Source: an uncultured Christensenella sp.
GTDB lineage: Bacteria; Bacillota; Clostridia; Christensenellales; UBA1242
Direction: 5' to 3'
Length of the DNA stretch: 64,000 bases
Assembly (NCBI GenBank): GCA_949296965.1
Contig: CASFQL010000010.1
Coordinates: forward strand, 194,115-258,114
Shown here: in pieces, positions 46,019 to 56,261 of the stretch
Layout: each line of letters opens with the position of its first letter
How positions within the stretch are numbered: position 1 is the first letter of the stretch
Translations under genes and position numbers: made by a program
The notes under the pieces: model-generated
What the model saw: the letters and a program-made list of their open reading frames with translations, nothing else
Told to the model about the DNA's origin: nothing
Database searches by the model: none

Positions 46019-46741
46019 ATGATTAAATATAATGATGTAATTTTCTATTCAAAAGAGCATAATATTTTGCTTGCAAGTAAAGTAAAAGAAATTCTTTCTA
46101 AAAAAGAAAGAGGTGTTAATAATATTGATGACATTGATGATATTTTTATAAATGGAAAATTATCTTTTAAATATTTAATCTTAGATTTTAGTAAATCATC
46201 ACTTGATGAAAGATCAATAACAATTTTACAAAAGATGCTTAAAGGCAACTTAATACAAGAAATTGTAATTATAACTAACAATAATCTTTTTAAAATTCCT
46301 GAATTTATATATGTTAATTTAGATGAGGATTTTACATATAATTTTAGTAGGACTTTTGATAAAATAATCGAAAGGGAAATTAATACAATTAATGAAGTGG
46401 CTGGCATATGGAGAAAAATTATTAGTCAACAACTTTGCGATTGGGGATTTTCTTCAAATACAATGGGATACCTTGAAATTATTGATAGTATTATATATTA
46501 TGCAGAACGAAAAGGTGTAATAAAAAATTTTAATAAGGAAGTTTATATCTACTTGTCAAATAAGTATAGAGCCACTACAACATGTGTAGAATTAAGTATA
46601 AGAAAAGCAATTAAAAAGGCTTCTTTAAAGAAAGATAAATTCCCAAGAATTGAGAAATTAACTAACAAAGGTTTTATAACTTACGCTATTTCACAATTAT
46701 ATGATAATTTAATTGAAAATAGAGTTATAAAAACGGCTTAG
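46019..46741 (+). CDS. spo0A: Spo0A-like sporulation regulator with atypical receiver domain
   Basis: The C-terminal half aligns by eye to Spo0A_C: GFSSNTMGYLEIIDSI.., FNKEVYIYLSNKYRATTTCVELSIRKAIKKAS, KLTNKGFITYAISQL. It lies downstream of spoIVB. The N-terminal REC-like half lacks the acidic pair and conserved Lys. Confidence 0.8.
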   Translation: MIKYNDVIFYSKEHNILLASKVKEILSKKERGVNNIDDIDDIFINGKLSFKYLILDFSKSSLDERSITILQKMLKGNLIQEIVIITNNNLFKIPEFIYVNLDEDFTYNFSRTFDKIIEREINTINEVAGIWRKIISQQLCDWGFSSNTMGYLEIIDSIIYYAERKGVIKNFNKEVYIYLSNKYRATTTCVELSIRKAIKKASLKKDKFPRIEKLTNKGFITYAISQLYDNLIENRVIKTA

Positions 46742-46759
46742 TAAAAATATATTTATTAT

Positions 46760-47368
46760 GTGATAACAAGTAGACATTATTTTTTTGACAATTTAAAAAG
46801 ATTTTTTTCTTTAAATAAATCACTTGTATTTTTTATTATCTCAATTTTTCTTTTAGGTGGAATCACAGGCGTATTTTGTGTAGTAAAAAGCAACTCAATT
46901 TTTAATATTTTATCAATAAAAGATTATGCTTTGAGGCTTTTTTTGCTTGATAGAATATCATTATTTGGTTACTTTTTTTTAAAATGTTTAATTATTCTTG
47001 CAGTAGTTTTTATTATATATTTCTTATCATATTTCAAATTTTGTGGTGTATTATTTACTTTATTACTTATTTATTTAGGATTTTTATTAGGCGTAGACAC
47101 GGCAATAATCATAATAGTTTTTCCTAGTCTAAAAGGAATCTTAATATCTTTACTTATTTGTTTACCAATTAAAATAATTTTATTCTTTTTTATCTCTGTA
47201 TTTGCTTATAAAATGATTTCTATCAATTGTCAAATCTCAAAATACGGGAATTGCTATATTAATGGTTCTCAGTCAAAAATATTATTATTTGTTTGTCTAA
47301 TATCTATTTTCATAATTCTAGTTCAAACAATTTTACTTTTTATTCTTTTTAATTTCTTTTTTATTTAG
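46760..47368 (+). CDS. Polytopic membrane protein, possibly SpoIIM-like
   Basis: About 200 aa with about 5 TM segments and a GTG start. The order (this gene, punA, dacF) mirrors B. subtilis spoIIM...pupG-dacF. No motif-level support. Confidence 0.45.
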   Translation: MITSRHYFFDNLKRFFSLNKSLVFFIISIFLLGGITGVFCVVKSNSIFNILSIKDYALRLFLLDRISLFGYFFLKCLIILAVVFIIYFLSYFKFCGVLFTLLLIYLGFLLGVDTAIIIIVFPSLKGILISLLICLPIKIILFFFISVFAYKMISINCQISKYGNCYINGSQSKILLFVCLISIFIILVQTILLFILFNFFFI

Positions 47369-47419
47369 TAGTCTAATATATTTTTTTGTGTTATAATATG
47401 TTTTGTAAGGAGAAAAGTT

Positions 47420-48232
47420 ATGGCACATATTGTCGATGAAACTGCTAAATTTTTAAAACAAAAATTAAGCATAAAAGAAAATCCTATTGCGATAATTTTA
47501 GGTTCGGGGTTTAGTGATTTTCTAAACTTTTTTGATACTAAAAAAGAAGTTAAATTTAGTGAAATACCTAATTTTCATGTTGTTAGTAAAGACGAGAATA
47601 ATAAAATAATTTATGGTAAAATTAAAGAGCAACATGTTCTTCTTGTTTTAGGTCGACTTCATTATAATTATGGCTATGAAGCAAATGATATTGCTAATTT
47701 AATTTTTACTTTGAAGGAAATAGGGTGCAGAAGTCTAATTATAGGTGCTTCTGTTGGTTCTATTAACTCAAAAATGAAAGTAGGGGATATTGTCAGTGCT
47801 TATGACCATATAAATTTGACGGGAAGGAATCCTTTATTTAAGAGTAATTACGAAAAATATGGTAAACTTTTTGTTGATATGGTCGAGCCTTATAGTTTGC
47901 ACATGCTTGATACATTATCAACTGTTGCAAAGAAAATGAGGATTAAAGTGAAGAAAGGTGTTTTTGCTGAATTTAATGGCCCTAGCATTGAAACGGTTAG
48001 TGAATCAAAGTTTGCTAAGATTATTGGAACAGATTTTGTTGGTTTTAATGTTTGTTGTGAGGTTATTGCTTCAAATTACTGCAAATTGCCGGTTTGTTTA
48101 TTTGGTCTTGTTACTAATTTTGGAACATCATACTCGGCTAGTAAAATAGAGCATGAAGATATTGTTTATAATAGAAAATGTGCAAGTGGGTATTATTCAA
48201 AATTATTAGAGAGTTTTGTTTTGAGTTTATAA
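47420..48232 (+). CDS. Purine nucleoside phosphorylase (PunA/PNP family I)
   Basis: ILGSGFSDF, GRLHYNYGY and GPSIETVSESKFAKIIGTDFVGFNVCCEVI, matching PunA-type motifs. Confidence 0.88.
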   Translation: MAHIVDETAKFLKQKLSIKENPIAIILGSGFSDFLNFFDTKKEVKFSEIPNFHVVSKDENNKIIYGKIKEQHVLLVLGRLHYNYGYEANDIANLIFTLKEIGCRSLIIGASVGSINSKMKVGDIVSAYDHINLTGRNPLFKSNYEKYGKLFVDMVEPYSLHMLDTLSTVAKKMRIKVKKGVFAEFNGPSIETVSESKFAKIIGTDFVGFNVCCEVIASNYCKLPVCLFGLVTNFGTSYSASKIEHEDIVYNRKCASGYYSKLLESFVLSL

Positions 48233-48504
48233 ATATTTTATTTTAAAAGTTTGAAACAAGGGAAATACGAGTTTTAAGAATTTATTTGTTTATCTTATTT
48301 AAAATTTATGGGCTTAAAGGTTTTTAAAAAAAAGGTGATAAGTTTCATTATCGCTCTTTTTTATATTTAAGAATTTGATTTATATAAAAATTTATTTTAT
48401 ATAATTAATAAAAAAATGTTAAAGGTTTAGAATTTAAGAAACAAAGTATTTGTTATAATATTTTTTTTTAAATTGCAAACACTATAAATAAAGAGGTGAA
48501 CAAT

Positions 48505-49677
48505 ATGAAAAAAAATATTATTTCTTTTGCACTTATTATGTGTCTTTCATTACTTTACATATTTAATATGAATTTTTTTATGGCAAGTGCTAAAACACAA
48601 GAAGAAAATTTTACGGCAAAATCTCTATACTTAATTGATTATAATTCAAATCAAGTATTGTTTGAGAAAGATGCTGAAAAAAAGTTGCCCGTTGCTAGCA
48701 TTGTAAAACTTATGACTATTGATTTGGTTTGTGAAGAAATTCAAAATGGGAATCTTAATATTGAAGATAAAGTAATTGTTTCTGATAATGCTCAAAACAT
48801 GGGAGGTTCGCAGGTTTTTATTGAAGCAAATGCCGAGTATAGTGTTGGAGATTTATTAAAATCAACAATTATAAGTTCTGCTAACGATGCTAGTGTTGCG
48901 CTTGCTGAAAAAATTGCTGGTAGTGAAGATGAATTTGTAAAATTAATGAATAAAAAGGCAAAAGAGTTAGGACTTAATAACACTAATTATGTTAATTGCA
49001 CGGGGCTTCCTGCAAGTAATCAATTTTCTTGTGCAAAAGATACTGCTACTTTACTAAGAGATGTTACAAAATATGAAATTTATCATAAATATAGCACTAT
49101 TTGGATGGATAAATTAGAGCATCCAAAGGGTAGAGAAAGTGAACTTGTCAACACAAATAAACTAATAAAATATTATGAAGGTTGCGATGGCGGTAAAACA
49201 GGTTCTACAAGTGAAGCAGGTTATTGCCTTGCTTCAACGGCAAAAAGGGGCGATTTAAGATTAATAAGTGTTGTGCTAGGTGCAAAGAGTGGGAAAGATA
49301 GGTTTAGTGAAAGTTCAAAGTTATTAAATTATGGATTTGGTAATTTTGAAAATAAAAAAGTTGTTGATAGTAGTTCAGTATTAGAAAAAACTATTAGAGT
49401 AAAACAAGGACAATGTGACTATGTTAATGTAAAACCTTTAGAAGATATCTATGTTTTAAACAAAAAACACAATAAAGATAGCGAAATTATAGTTGAATAC
49501 AAATTATACGATTATATCTCTGCACCTGTAAAGATGGGAGATAAGGTAGGTGAATTGTTTGTAATAAAAGATGGGGAAGTTGTATCTAAAACAAATCTTA
49601 TAAGCGTTCAAGATGTAAATTCTGCTTCTCTATATGATATTGTTAATAGAGTTGTAAAAAATTGGAAAGTAAGATAA
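48505..49677 (+). CDS. D-alanyl-D-alanine carboxypeptidase (S11; DacF/DacB-like)
   Basis: Signal peptide, SIVK (SxxK), SSAND (SxN) and KTGST (KTG) motifs. ATG 48505 sits behind AGAGG. Confidence 0.9.
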   Translation: MKKNIISFALIMCLSLLYIFNMNFFMASAKTQEENFTAKSLYLIDYNSNQVLFEKDAEKKLPVASIVKLMTIDLVCEEIQNGNLNIEDKVIVSDNAQNMGGSQVFIEANAEYSVGDLLKSTIISSANDASVALAEKIAGSEDEFVKLMNKKAKELGLNNTNYVNCTGLPASNQFSCAKDTATLLRDVTKYEIYHKYSTIWMDKLEHPKGRESELVNTNKLIKYYEGCDGGKTGSTSEAGYCLASTAKRGDLRLISVVLGAKSGKDRFSESSKLLNYGFGNFENKKVVDSSSVLEKTIRVKQGQCDYVNVKPLEDIYVLNKKHNKDSEIIVEYKLYDYISAPVKMGDKVGELFVIKDGEVVSKTNLISVQDVNSASLYDIVNRVVKNWKVR

Positions 49678-49796
49678 ATACAAAATACGCTATAATGCGT
49701 GCAAATAACAATAAAAATGTTTGCTTAATTATAAATAATATAATATAATAAAAAGGCTAGTTTTATAGTCTTTTTATTTTTTAAAGGGAATTTGCT

Positions 49797-50465
49797 ATGC
49801 TATTTGACATATTTTTTACAAATCAATATATACCGTTTGAGCAAAAGGTAATAATATTTCTTACCTTTACTTTTGCAGTAATTTCAGCACTAACTTTGCA
49901 CGAATTTGCACATGCTTATACTGCAAATAAATTAGGTGATAATACTGCAAAGTTACAAGGAAGATTGTCAATTAATCCAATGGTCCATCTTGATCCTATT
50001 GGTATTTTATGCTTTTTGTTTCTAGGTTTTGGTTGGGCTAAACCTGTTCCTGTAAATACATATAATTTTTCAAAAATTAAAAGGGATACATTTTTAGTTA
50101 GCATTTCAGGCATTTGTGTAAATATTATTTTAGCATTTATTTTTTATCCTCTTTTTATTTTACTAGCAAGGGTTGCTAATCAAAACATTTTTTATTTTAT
50201 ATTGTTTTGTTTATGCCTTTATATGTTTGATGTAAATTTAGTTTTTTGTGTTTTTAATTTATTACCAATCTATCCACTTGATGGATTTAATGCTATTGCC
50301 GCATATTGTAAATATGACAATCCTTTTGTAGTTTTTATGTATAAATATGGCTCAATCATTCTTTTATTTGTTGTAATTTTATTTTCATATTTAAATGTTT
50401 TTGATTGGCTAATCTCTGTTGTTGGTTACCCAATTTCGTGGTTTTGGGGGTTAATTTTAGGTTAA
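49797..50465 (+). CDS. Site-2 protease family (M50) zinc metalloprotease
   Basis: HEFAHA (HExxH) in a TM segment and NLLPIYPLDG second motif. Confidence 0.85.
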   Translation: MLFDIFFTNQYIPFEQKVIIFLTFTFAVISALTLHEFAHAYTANKLGDNTAKLQGRLSINPMVHLDPIGILCFLFLGFGWAKPVPVNTYNFSKIKRDTFLVSISGICVNIILAFIFYPLFILLARVANQNIFYFILFCLCLYMFDVNLVFCVFNLLPIYPLDGFNAIAAYCKYDNPFVVFMYKYGSIILLFVVILFSYLNVFDWLISVVGYPISWFWGLILG

Positions 50466-50476
50466 AGGGAAGAATT

Positions 50477-51268
50477 ATGAAAGTTGAAGTTAATAAAGAT
50501 TTATTAGAACAATTAAATCATATTAATACAGGCTATGAATTTAAGTTGGACAATTTTTCAGGGCCAATTGAACTCTTGTGGCATATGATAAAAGAGACTA
50601 AACTTGAAATTACCGAAGTTAAATTAGCAGATTTAACAGAGCAGTATCTCGAATATATGGCTGGACTTGATGAACTTGACCTAGAAAAAGCAAGTGATTT
50701 TATTGAAATAGCAGCAACTTTAATTGAGATTAAATCTAAGTCACTTTTGCCAAGAGAAGAAGAAGTAGTTGAAGATGAAGAAGACCCTGAGGCACTGCTT
50801 TTAATGCGAATTAAAGAATATGATATGTTCCAAGAAATAATACAAAAACTTAAACCACTTGAAAATGTAAATAGATTTTATAAACCTGCTGACGAGAAAG
50901 TTAATGATTATAGGTATATTTTAGGCGAACTTACAATGGAAGGACTTATGGACGCTTTTGCTAAAATGTTAACAAGAGTTAAAAAAGAGGAGCAAGAGAT
51001 AATACCTAAGAAAATTGAAAAAGATAGATTTACAGTGGCAGAAAAAATTATTTCAATTAGGGAAAATATTTTACAGAAAAAGAAAATGCATTTTTCAGAT
51101 TTTTATAGTCCAGATTTTACAAAAAGTGAAATGATTAATTTATTTTTAGCAGTTTTGGAACTTTTAAAAATGCAAGAAATTAGAGTAATGCAACAATCAA
51201 TTTTTGATGATATTGAGATTGAGTTGAAAGAAAAGGAGGCAGAAGGAATTTCTGATGCAACAAGATAA
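50477..51268 (+). CDS. scpA: Segregation and condensation protein A
   Basis: FSGPIELLWHMIKETKLEITEVKLADLTEQYLEYM. I trimmed the start to ATG 50477; the track start 50405 overlaps the M50 gene. Confidence 0.92.
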   Translation: MKVEVNKDLLEQLNHINTGYEFKLDNFSGPIELLWHMIKETKLEITEVKLADLTEQYLEYMAGLDELDLEKASDFIEIAATLIEIKSKSLLPREEEVVEDEEDPEALLLMRIKEYDMFQEIIQKLKPLENVNRFYKPADEKVNDYRYILGELTMEGLMDAFAKMLTRVKKEEQEIIPKKIEKDRFTVAEKIISIRENILQKKKMHFSDFYSPDFTKSEMINLFLAVLELLKMQEIRVMQQSIFDDIEIELKEKEAEGISDATR

Positions 51269-52184
51269 ATCACATTTAAAAAATATTGTCGAAGGGATTT
51301 TATTTGTTTCTGGACAAGGTGTTGAGATAAAAGATATAGCAGAAAAACTTGAAGTTAGCGAAAAAGAAGTTAAGGAAGTTATTGAACAACTAAAAGAAGA
51401 ACATAAAGACGATGGAATTAATGTCATAACATATAAATCAAGTGCTCAAATGTGTTCAAATCCAATTTATGCTGATGACATTGCAACTGTATTAAATCCT
51501 ATAAGAGAAAAACAACTTACAAAGGCTGCACTTGAAACTCTTGCTATTATAGCATATAAGCAACCTGTAACAAGACTTGACATTGAGCAGGTTAGGGGGG
51601 TTAACTGCGATTATGCAATGCAAATTTTGATAAATTTTAATCTAGTTGAAGTCGTTGGAAGAAAAGATGTTATTGGTAAACCATTACTTTTTGGGACTAC
51701 CGATGAATTTTTAAAGAGATTTGATTTAAATTCAATTGATGATTTGCCAGATTATGAAGAATTGCTAAGCAGAATTAAAGTTTTACACGAAAGTGTTTCA
51801 AATTCATTATATAAAAGCACTGAAATTATCCCAGAAGAAGAATTGCCAGATAGTAAAGCAAGGCTTGAAAAAGAAAAAGCGAAAGATGATAATAATTCTA
51901 GTTTGGATAATAATATAATAAGTGATGAAGAAAGTAAAAGTTCTTCAAATGATACTTTTATGGATAATTTAAAAGAAAAAGATTTTTCAAAGACTGAAAA
52001 TGATGATTTTTCTAATATGAATGGTCAATTATTTGAAAATTTAGAACAATCAGTCGGCGATGAAACCCTGAAAAATGGTGAAAACTATGAAACTGAATTT
52101 ACTGAGATAAAAGTAAGAGAAACACTATCAAATGAATTTGAAAATGAAGATTTTTTTAACGAAAAAGATGATGATTTATTATAA
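51255..52184 (+). CDS. scpB: Segregation and condensation protein B with long acidic C-terminal tail
   Basis: LKNIVEGILFVSGQGV, winged-helix repeats and GKPLLFGTTDEFLKRF, plus a low-complexity acidic tail of about 130 aa. Confidence 0.92.
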   Translation: MQQDKSHLKNIVEGILFVSGQGVEIKDIAEKLEVSEKEVKEVIEQLKEEHKDDGINVITYKSSAQMCSNPIYADDIATVLNPIREKQLTKAALETLAIIAYKQPVTRLDIEQVRGVNCDYAMQILINFNLVEVVGRKDVIGKPLLFGTTDEFLKRFDLNSIDDLPDYEELLSRIKVLHESVSNSLYKSTEIIPEEELPDSKARLEKEKAKDDNNSSLDNNIISDEESKSSSNDTFMDNLKEKDFSKTENDDFSNMNGQLFENLEQSVGDETLKNGENYETEFTEIKVRETLSNEFENEDFFNEKDDDLL

Positions 52185-52233
52185 AAAATAATTTTTTAAG
52201 AAAAGAATTTCGACTATCTAGTCGGTTATTTTA

Positions 52234-52259
52234 AGTCCCTTAAAAAAGGGGCTTTTTTT
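52234..52259 (+). terminator. Intrinsic terminator after scpB
   Basis: AGTCCCTT (52234-52241) pairs with AAGGGGCT (52246-52253), including one G.U that is valid only on the + strand. T7 follows. Confidence 0.7.
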
Positions 52260-52512
52260 ATAATTTATATTAAAAAACTAAAATTAATATTAGACACAAA
52301 ATGCTCTCTAAAAAACATTTAACAGATTATTTATAAAAGTTAATATAAAAAATTTAGTGTAAACATTACTATATAAATTATAAATTTTTTTGACTTATAT
52401 CTAACTACTATTAATATTTTATAAAGTAAGTTTACAAATATCTGTTCAAACATATATTCAAAGGTAAATTATAAATGCAATAAAACATAATTTATCAAGT
52501 TCTATACAAATT

Positions 52513-54771
52513 TTATAAGATATAGATTAATATTTCGTTACTTTTTTTGCTTTTTGTATCTATTTGTGGTTTATTTGAAAAATAGGCAACACAGTAGTAT
52601 TTATAAAATTCTCTTATCTTTAAATCTTTATGGACAAACGAGATTGGTCCTTGTTTGTCTTGTATTGTTGCTAATTTATATATTTTGTTATCGTTTTCAC
52701 AAAATACTTCATATTTTAGATATTTATCGACATTTAGTGTTAATTCAACACTATCATTGTTTAACTTTTTTGCGTAAATTTTGAAAGTTTCTATATTATT
52801 AAACATTGACGATGTTTCTTTTGGTAAATTGTCAATAGAGAAAAGGGCTTTCATTTTATATCTATCTGGGGTGTTAGGACTTGCAAGTAATATTTTATTA
52901 TTTTTAGTATATTCTATTTCGTTAATTTCTACTTCCTTAACTGAATTAGGGATGCTAAAATTTGAATTATCCCTTTTTGCTTGTAAGTATATCCTTTGGG
53001 CTATTTCACAAGGAGCATTTGAGCCTGTAATTTTGCTTGAAAGTAGTTTGTCGTTATTTGTTGAACCAAGCCAGACACACATTGTTTGATTTGGCGTATA
53101 TGATATATTCCAAGCATCACTATTCTCGTTGTAATCTGAGTTAGCACTTGCCACTGTTCCTGTTTTTCCCGCAATATTTAATCCGTTTAACTTTAACTTT
53201 CTACAAGTTCCATTATTAACACATTCTCTTAGCATATCTGTAATTAGGTAACTAGTTGACTCTTTCATAACTTGTTTTTTAGTTTCATTATTTGAATAAA
53301 GAATTTTTCCGTTTTCATTTTCTATTGATTTTATAAAACTAGCCTTAATATATTTTCCACTATTTGCAAATGCTTGATAACAATTAGTAATATCTTTTAT
53401 TTTTAAGCCATTTGTTAGCCCGCCAAGTGCAATAGAATATCCTGCATCTAATTCGTCAAATTGTATATTTAGTTGTCTTGCAAATGTTTTTGCTCTATCA
53501 ATTCCCACATAATCGAGTGTTTTTATGCTTGGAATGTTATATGAATTAGCAAGGGCATTTTTTACACTTATCCAGCCGTGGTATGTATTTTTGTAATTGT
53601 TTGGACTATAACCATTAATGTTTATTTTTTCATCAAGTATTGGAGTGATTGGTGTCAATACATTATATTCAATGGCAGGGGCATATGCAATTATTGGCTT
53701 AAAAACTGAACCTGGTTGTCGTTTTATATTTAATAAATTATAGTCACTTTTTCCACAAAAAGCGGTAATTCCACCTGTTTTGTTATCAATAGTCATAACT
53801 AAGCCATCAATATCTTGTTGTTTTGTATAGGAAGAAATATTATTTATTTGTTTTTCAACTATATTTTGTAAGTCTGTATTAAGATAAGTTTTAATTTTAA
53901 AATTTTTTAAAACCAAATCTTTTTCACTGATTTTTAGTATGTCGCAGGCTTCGTCAATGCAAGCATTATAATAAGTGTTATTATTTAGAAAATTTTGATT
54001 AATGTTTAAATTTAGCCCTTGATTTATGGAATTTTGATACTCTTCATTTGAAATTTTTTTGTCTTTAAGCATTTGTTTTAATACTAGATTTCTTCTCTTT
54101 ATGCAATTACTTGGATTTGTTATTGGGGAATATGTCTTTGGCGATTTTATTAACCCAGCAAGCATTGCAGACTCATTTAGATTTAATTCATTAGCATTTT
54201 TAGAAAAATATCTCTGTGAAGCCTGATTTATTCCAAACGCACCATTACCAAAATAGATTGCATTTAGATATGCCGTTAGAATTTCATCTTTTGTCAATGT
54301 ATTTTCAAGTTCTTTTGTGAGAATTAACTCGTTAAATTTTCTTTTTAAAGTCTTTTCGCTTGATAAATGTGTGTTTTTTATAAGTTGCTGTGAAATTGTT
54401 GACGCTCCTTGACTATATTTTCTACTAGTAATATTTTTTAAGGTCGCTTTTACAATTCTTTTATAATTTATTCCATTGTGCTCATAAAAGTTTTTATCTT
54501 CAATACTTATAAAAGCATTTATTGTATTTTTTGGAATTTGATTTAACGATAAGTTTTTTTGATTGTCTTTATTTTGTATTAATTCATTGCCGTCTTTATC
54601 AAAAACTTCAATTTTTGATGCAACATAATTTAGTTTTGTTTTATCAAACTTAACTTCGGCAAAATTGTCAAGTAGTCCAAAATTAAATAAGCAAAACAAT
54701 AAAGTTACAACAAAGAGAATTGAAATTAGAATAAAAAATGATATTTTGACGACCTTTTTAAATATTCTCAT
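52513..54771 (-). CDS. Bifunctional class A penicillin-binding protein (PBP1A family)
   Basis: Glycosyltransferase motifs EDKNFYEHNGI and GASTISQQLIKN. Transpeptidase motifs SVFKP (SxxK), NSYN (SxN) and KTGT. N-terminal TM anchor. Confidence 0.94.
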   Translation of the reverse strand: MRIFKKVVKISFFILISILFVVTLLFCLFNFGLLDNFAEVKFDKTKLNYVASKIEVFDKDGNELIQNKDNQKNLSLNQIPKNTINAFISIEDKNFYEHNGINYKRIVKATLKNITSRKYSQGASTISQQLIKNTHLSSEKTLKRKFNELILTKELENTLTKDEILTAYLNAIYFGNGAFGINQASQRYFSKNANELNLNESAMLAGLIKSPKTYSPITNPSNCIKRRNLVLKQMLKDKKISNEEYQNSINQGLNLNINQNFLNNNTYYNACIDEACDILKISEKDLVLKNFKIKTYLNTDLQNIVEKQINNISSYTKQQDIDGLVMTIDNKTGGITAFCGKSDYNLLNIKRQPGSVFKPIIAYAPAIEYNVLTPITPILDEKININGYSPNNYKNTYHGWISVKNALANSYNIPSIKTLDYVGIDRAKTFARQLNIQFDELDAGYSIALGGLTNGLKIKDITNCYQAFANSGKYIKASFIKSIENENGKILYSNNETKKQVMKESTSYLITDMLRECVNNGTCRKLKLNGLNIAGKTGTVASANSDYNENSDAWNISYTPNQTMCVWLGSTNNDKLLSSKITGSNAPCEIAQRIYLQAKRDNSNFSIPNSVKEVEINEIEYTKNNKILLASPNTPDRYKMKALFSIDNLPKETSSMFNNIETFKIYAKKLNNDSVELTLNVDKYLKYEVFCENDNKIYKLATIQDKQGPISFVHKDLKIREFYKYYCVAYFSNKPQIDTKSKKSNEILIYIL

Positions 54772-54862
54772 ATATATATTATCTATTATTTAGAATATTT
54801 TATTATATAAAACTAAAATTTTTGTTGAAAAATGTTACTTAATTTTATATAATATTCTCGTT

Positions 54863-56197
54863 ATGGAAAAATTGGGAAAAGATAAATTTTATTTAATTGA
54901 AACATTTGGTTGTCAAATGAATATACACGACTCAGAAAAAATCGCTGGTATGCTAAGAGATTTGGGTTATAAAAGCACAGAGAAGAAAGAACTTGCAGAT
55001 ATAATTATTTTTAATACTTGTTGTATTAGAGAAACTGCTGAACTCAAAATTATGGCAAAAATTGGGGAAACAAAGGCTCTAAAAAAAGCAAATAATGATT
55101 TGTTAATAGTCGTGTGTGGGTGTATGACTCAACAAAAAGGTATGTCAGAATTATTAAAAAAGAGATTTCCTTTTATTAATCTTGTTATTGGGACACATAA
55201 CCTTGAAGAACTTGAAAATTACATTAAAGAATACAATAAAAAATTAAAATTTAAGAGCATTATTTGGGAACAAGAGGGTAAAGTTGTTGAATTTGATAAG
55301 GTTTATAGGACAAGCGGAAATAATGCTTGGGTTAACATAATGTATGGGTGTAATAATTTTTGCACTTACTGTATTGTTCCTTATGTTAGAGGCAGAGAAA
55401 GAAGTAGAAAAGTAATTGATATTGTAAACGAAGTTAAAAATCTTGCTAAGAATAAAGAATATAAGACAATCACTTTATTAGGTCAAAATGTTAATTCTTA
55501 CGGGCTTGATTTTAAAGATGGTAAAACAAATTTTGTTTATTTGCTAAATGAATTATGTAAGATTGAAGGCGATTTTAAGATTAAGTTTATGACCTCACAC
55601 CCGAAAGACTTTTCTTCTAAGTTGATTAGATTTATTGCCACCCACGATAAAATGAGTAAAGCGCTTCATTTACCTGTTCAAAGTGGGAGTAGTAGAATAC
55701 TTAAAGCAATGAATAGACATTATGATATTGAACATTATAAAAATCTTGTAAGTGAGATTTATAGAACAATACCAAGCGCTACTTTAACAACTGATATCAT
55801 AGTTGGTTTCCCAGGAGAAACTGATGAAGATTTTGAAGAAACTTGTAAGTTGCTTGAATTTGTTAAATATTCAAGCATTTTTGGATTTGTTTATTCAAAA
55901 AGAGAAGGGACGCCTGCTAGTAAATTTGAAAATCAAATAAGTGCTAAGGTTAAACAAAAAAGGATAACTAAGTTATTTGAAATTCAACACAAAATTTCAA
56001 AAGAACAACTTTTAAATATGGTTGGGAAGGTTTTTGATGCATTACTTGAAGAAGATGAAAATCACAAAATTATAGCAAGAACGGACAGCGGTAAAACTCT
56101 TTGTCCTGTCAATTTAAAAGATGTTAAACCTAATACTTTTTGTAAAGTCAAAGTTTTAGAAATAAATGGAAATGAACTTACTTGCGAGATTATTTAA
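54863..56197 (+). CDS. miaB: tRNA-2-methylthio-N6-dimethylallyladenosine synthase MiaB
   Basis: FGCQMNIHDSE (UPF0004 domain), CNNFCTYCIVPYVRGRERS radical SAM motif and C-terminal TRAM. Confidence 0.93.
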   Translation: MEKLGKDKFYLIETFGCQMNIHDSEKIAGMLRDLGYKSTEKKELADIIIFNTCCIRETAELKIMAKIGETKALKKANNDLLIVVCGCMTQQKGMSELLKKRFPFINLVIGTHNLEELENYIKEYNKKLKFKSIIWEQEGKVVEFDKVYRTSGNNAWVNIMYGCNNFCTYCIVPYVRGRERSRKVIDIVNEVKNLAKNKEYKTITLLGQNVNSYGLDFKDGKTNFVYLLNELCKIEGDFKIKFMTSHPKDFSSKLIRFIATHDKMSKALHLPVQSGSSRILKAMNRHYDIEHYKNLVSEIYRTIPSATLTTDIIVGFPGETDEDFEETCKLLEFVKYSSIFGFVYSKREGTPASKFENQISAKVKQKRITKLFEIQHKISKEQLLNMVGKVFDALLEEDENHKIIARTDSGKTLCPVNLKDVKPNTFCKVKVLEINGNELTCEII

Positions 56198-56261
56198 CAT
56201 TTTTGTTCTAGTAAGATAAATTTAAAAAGGATAAAAATATTTATTTAAGAGAGAGAAAGAT

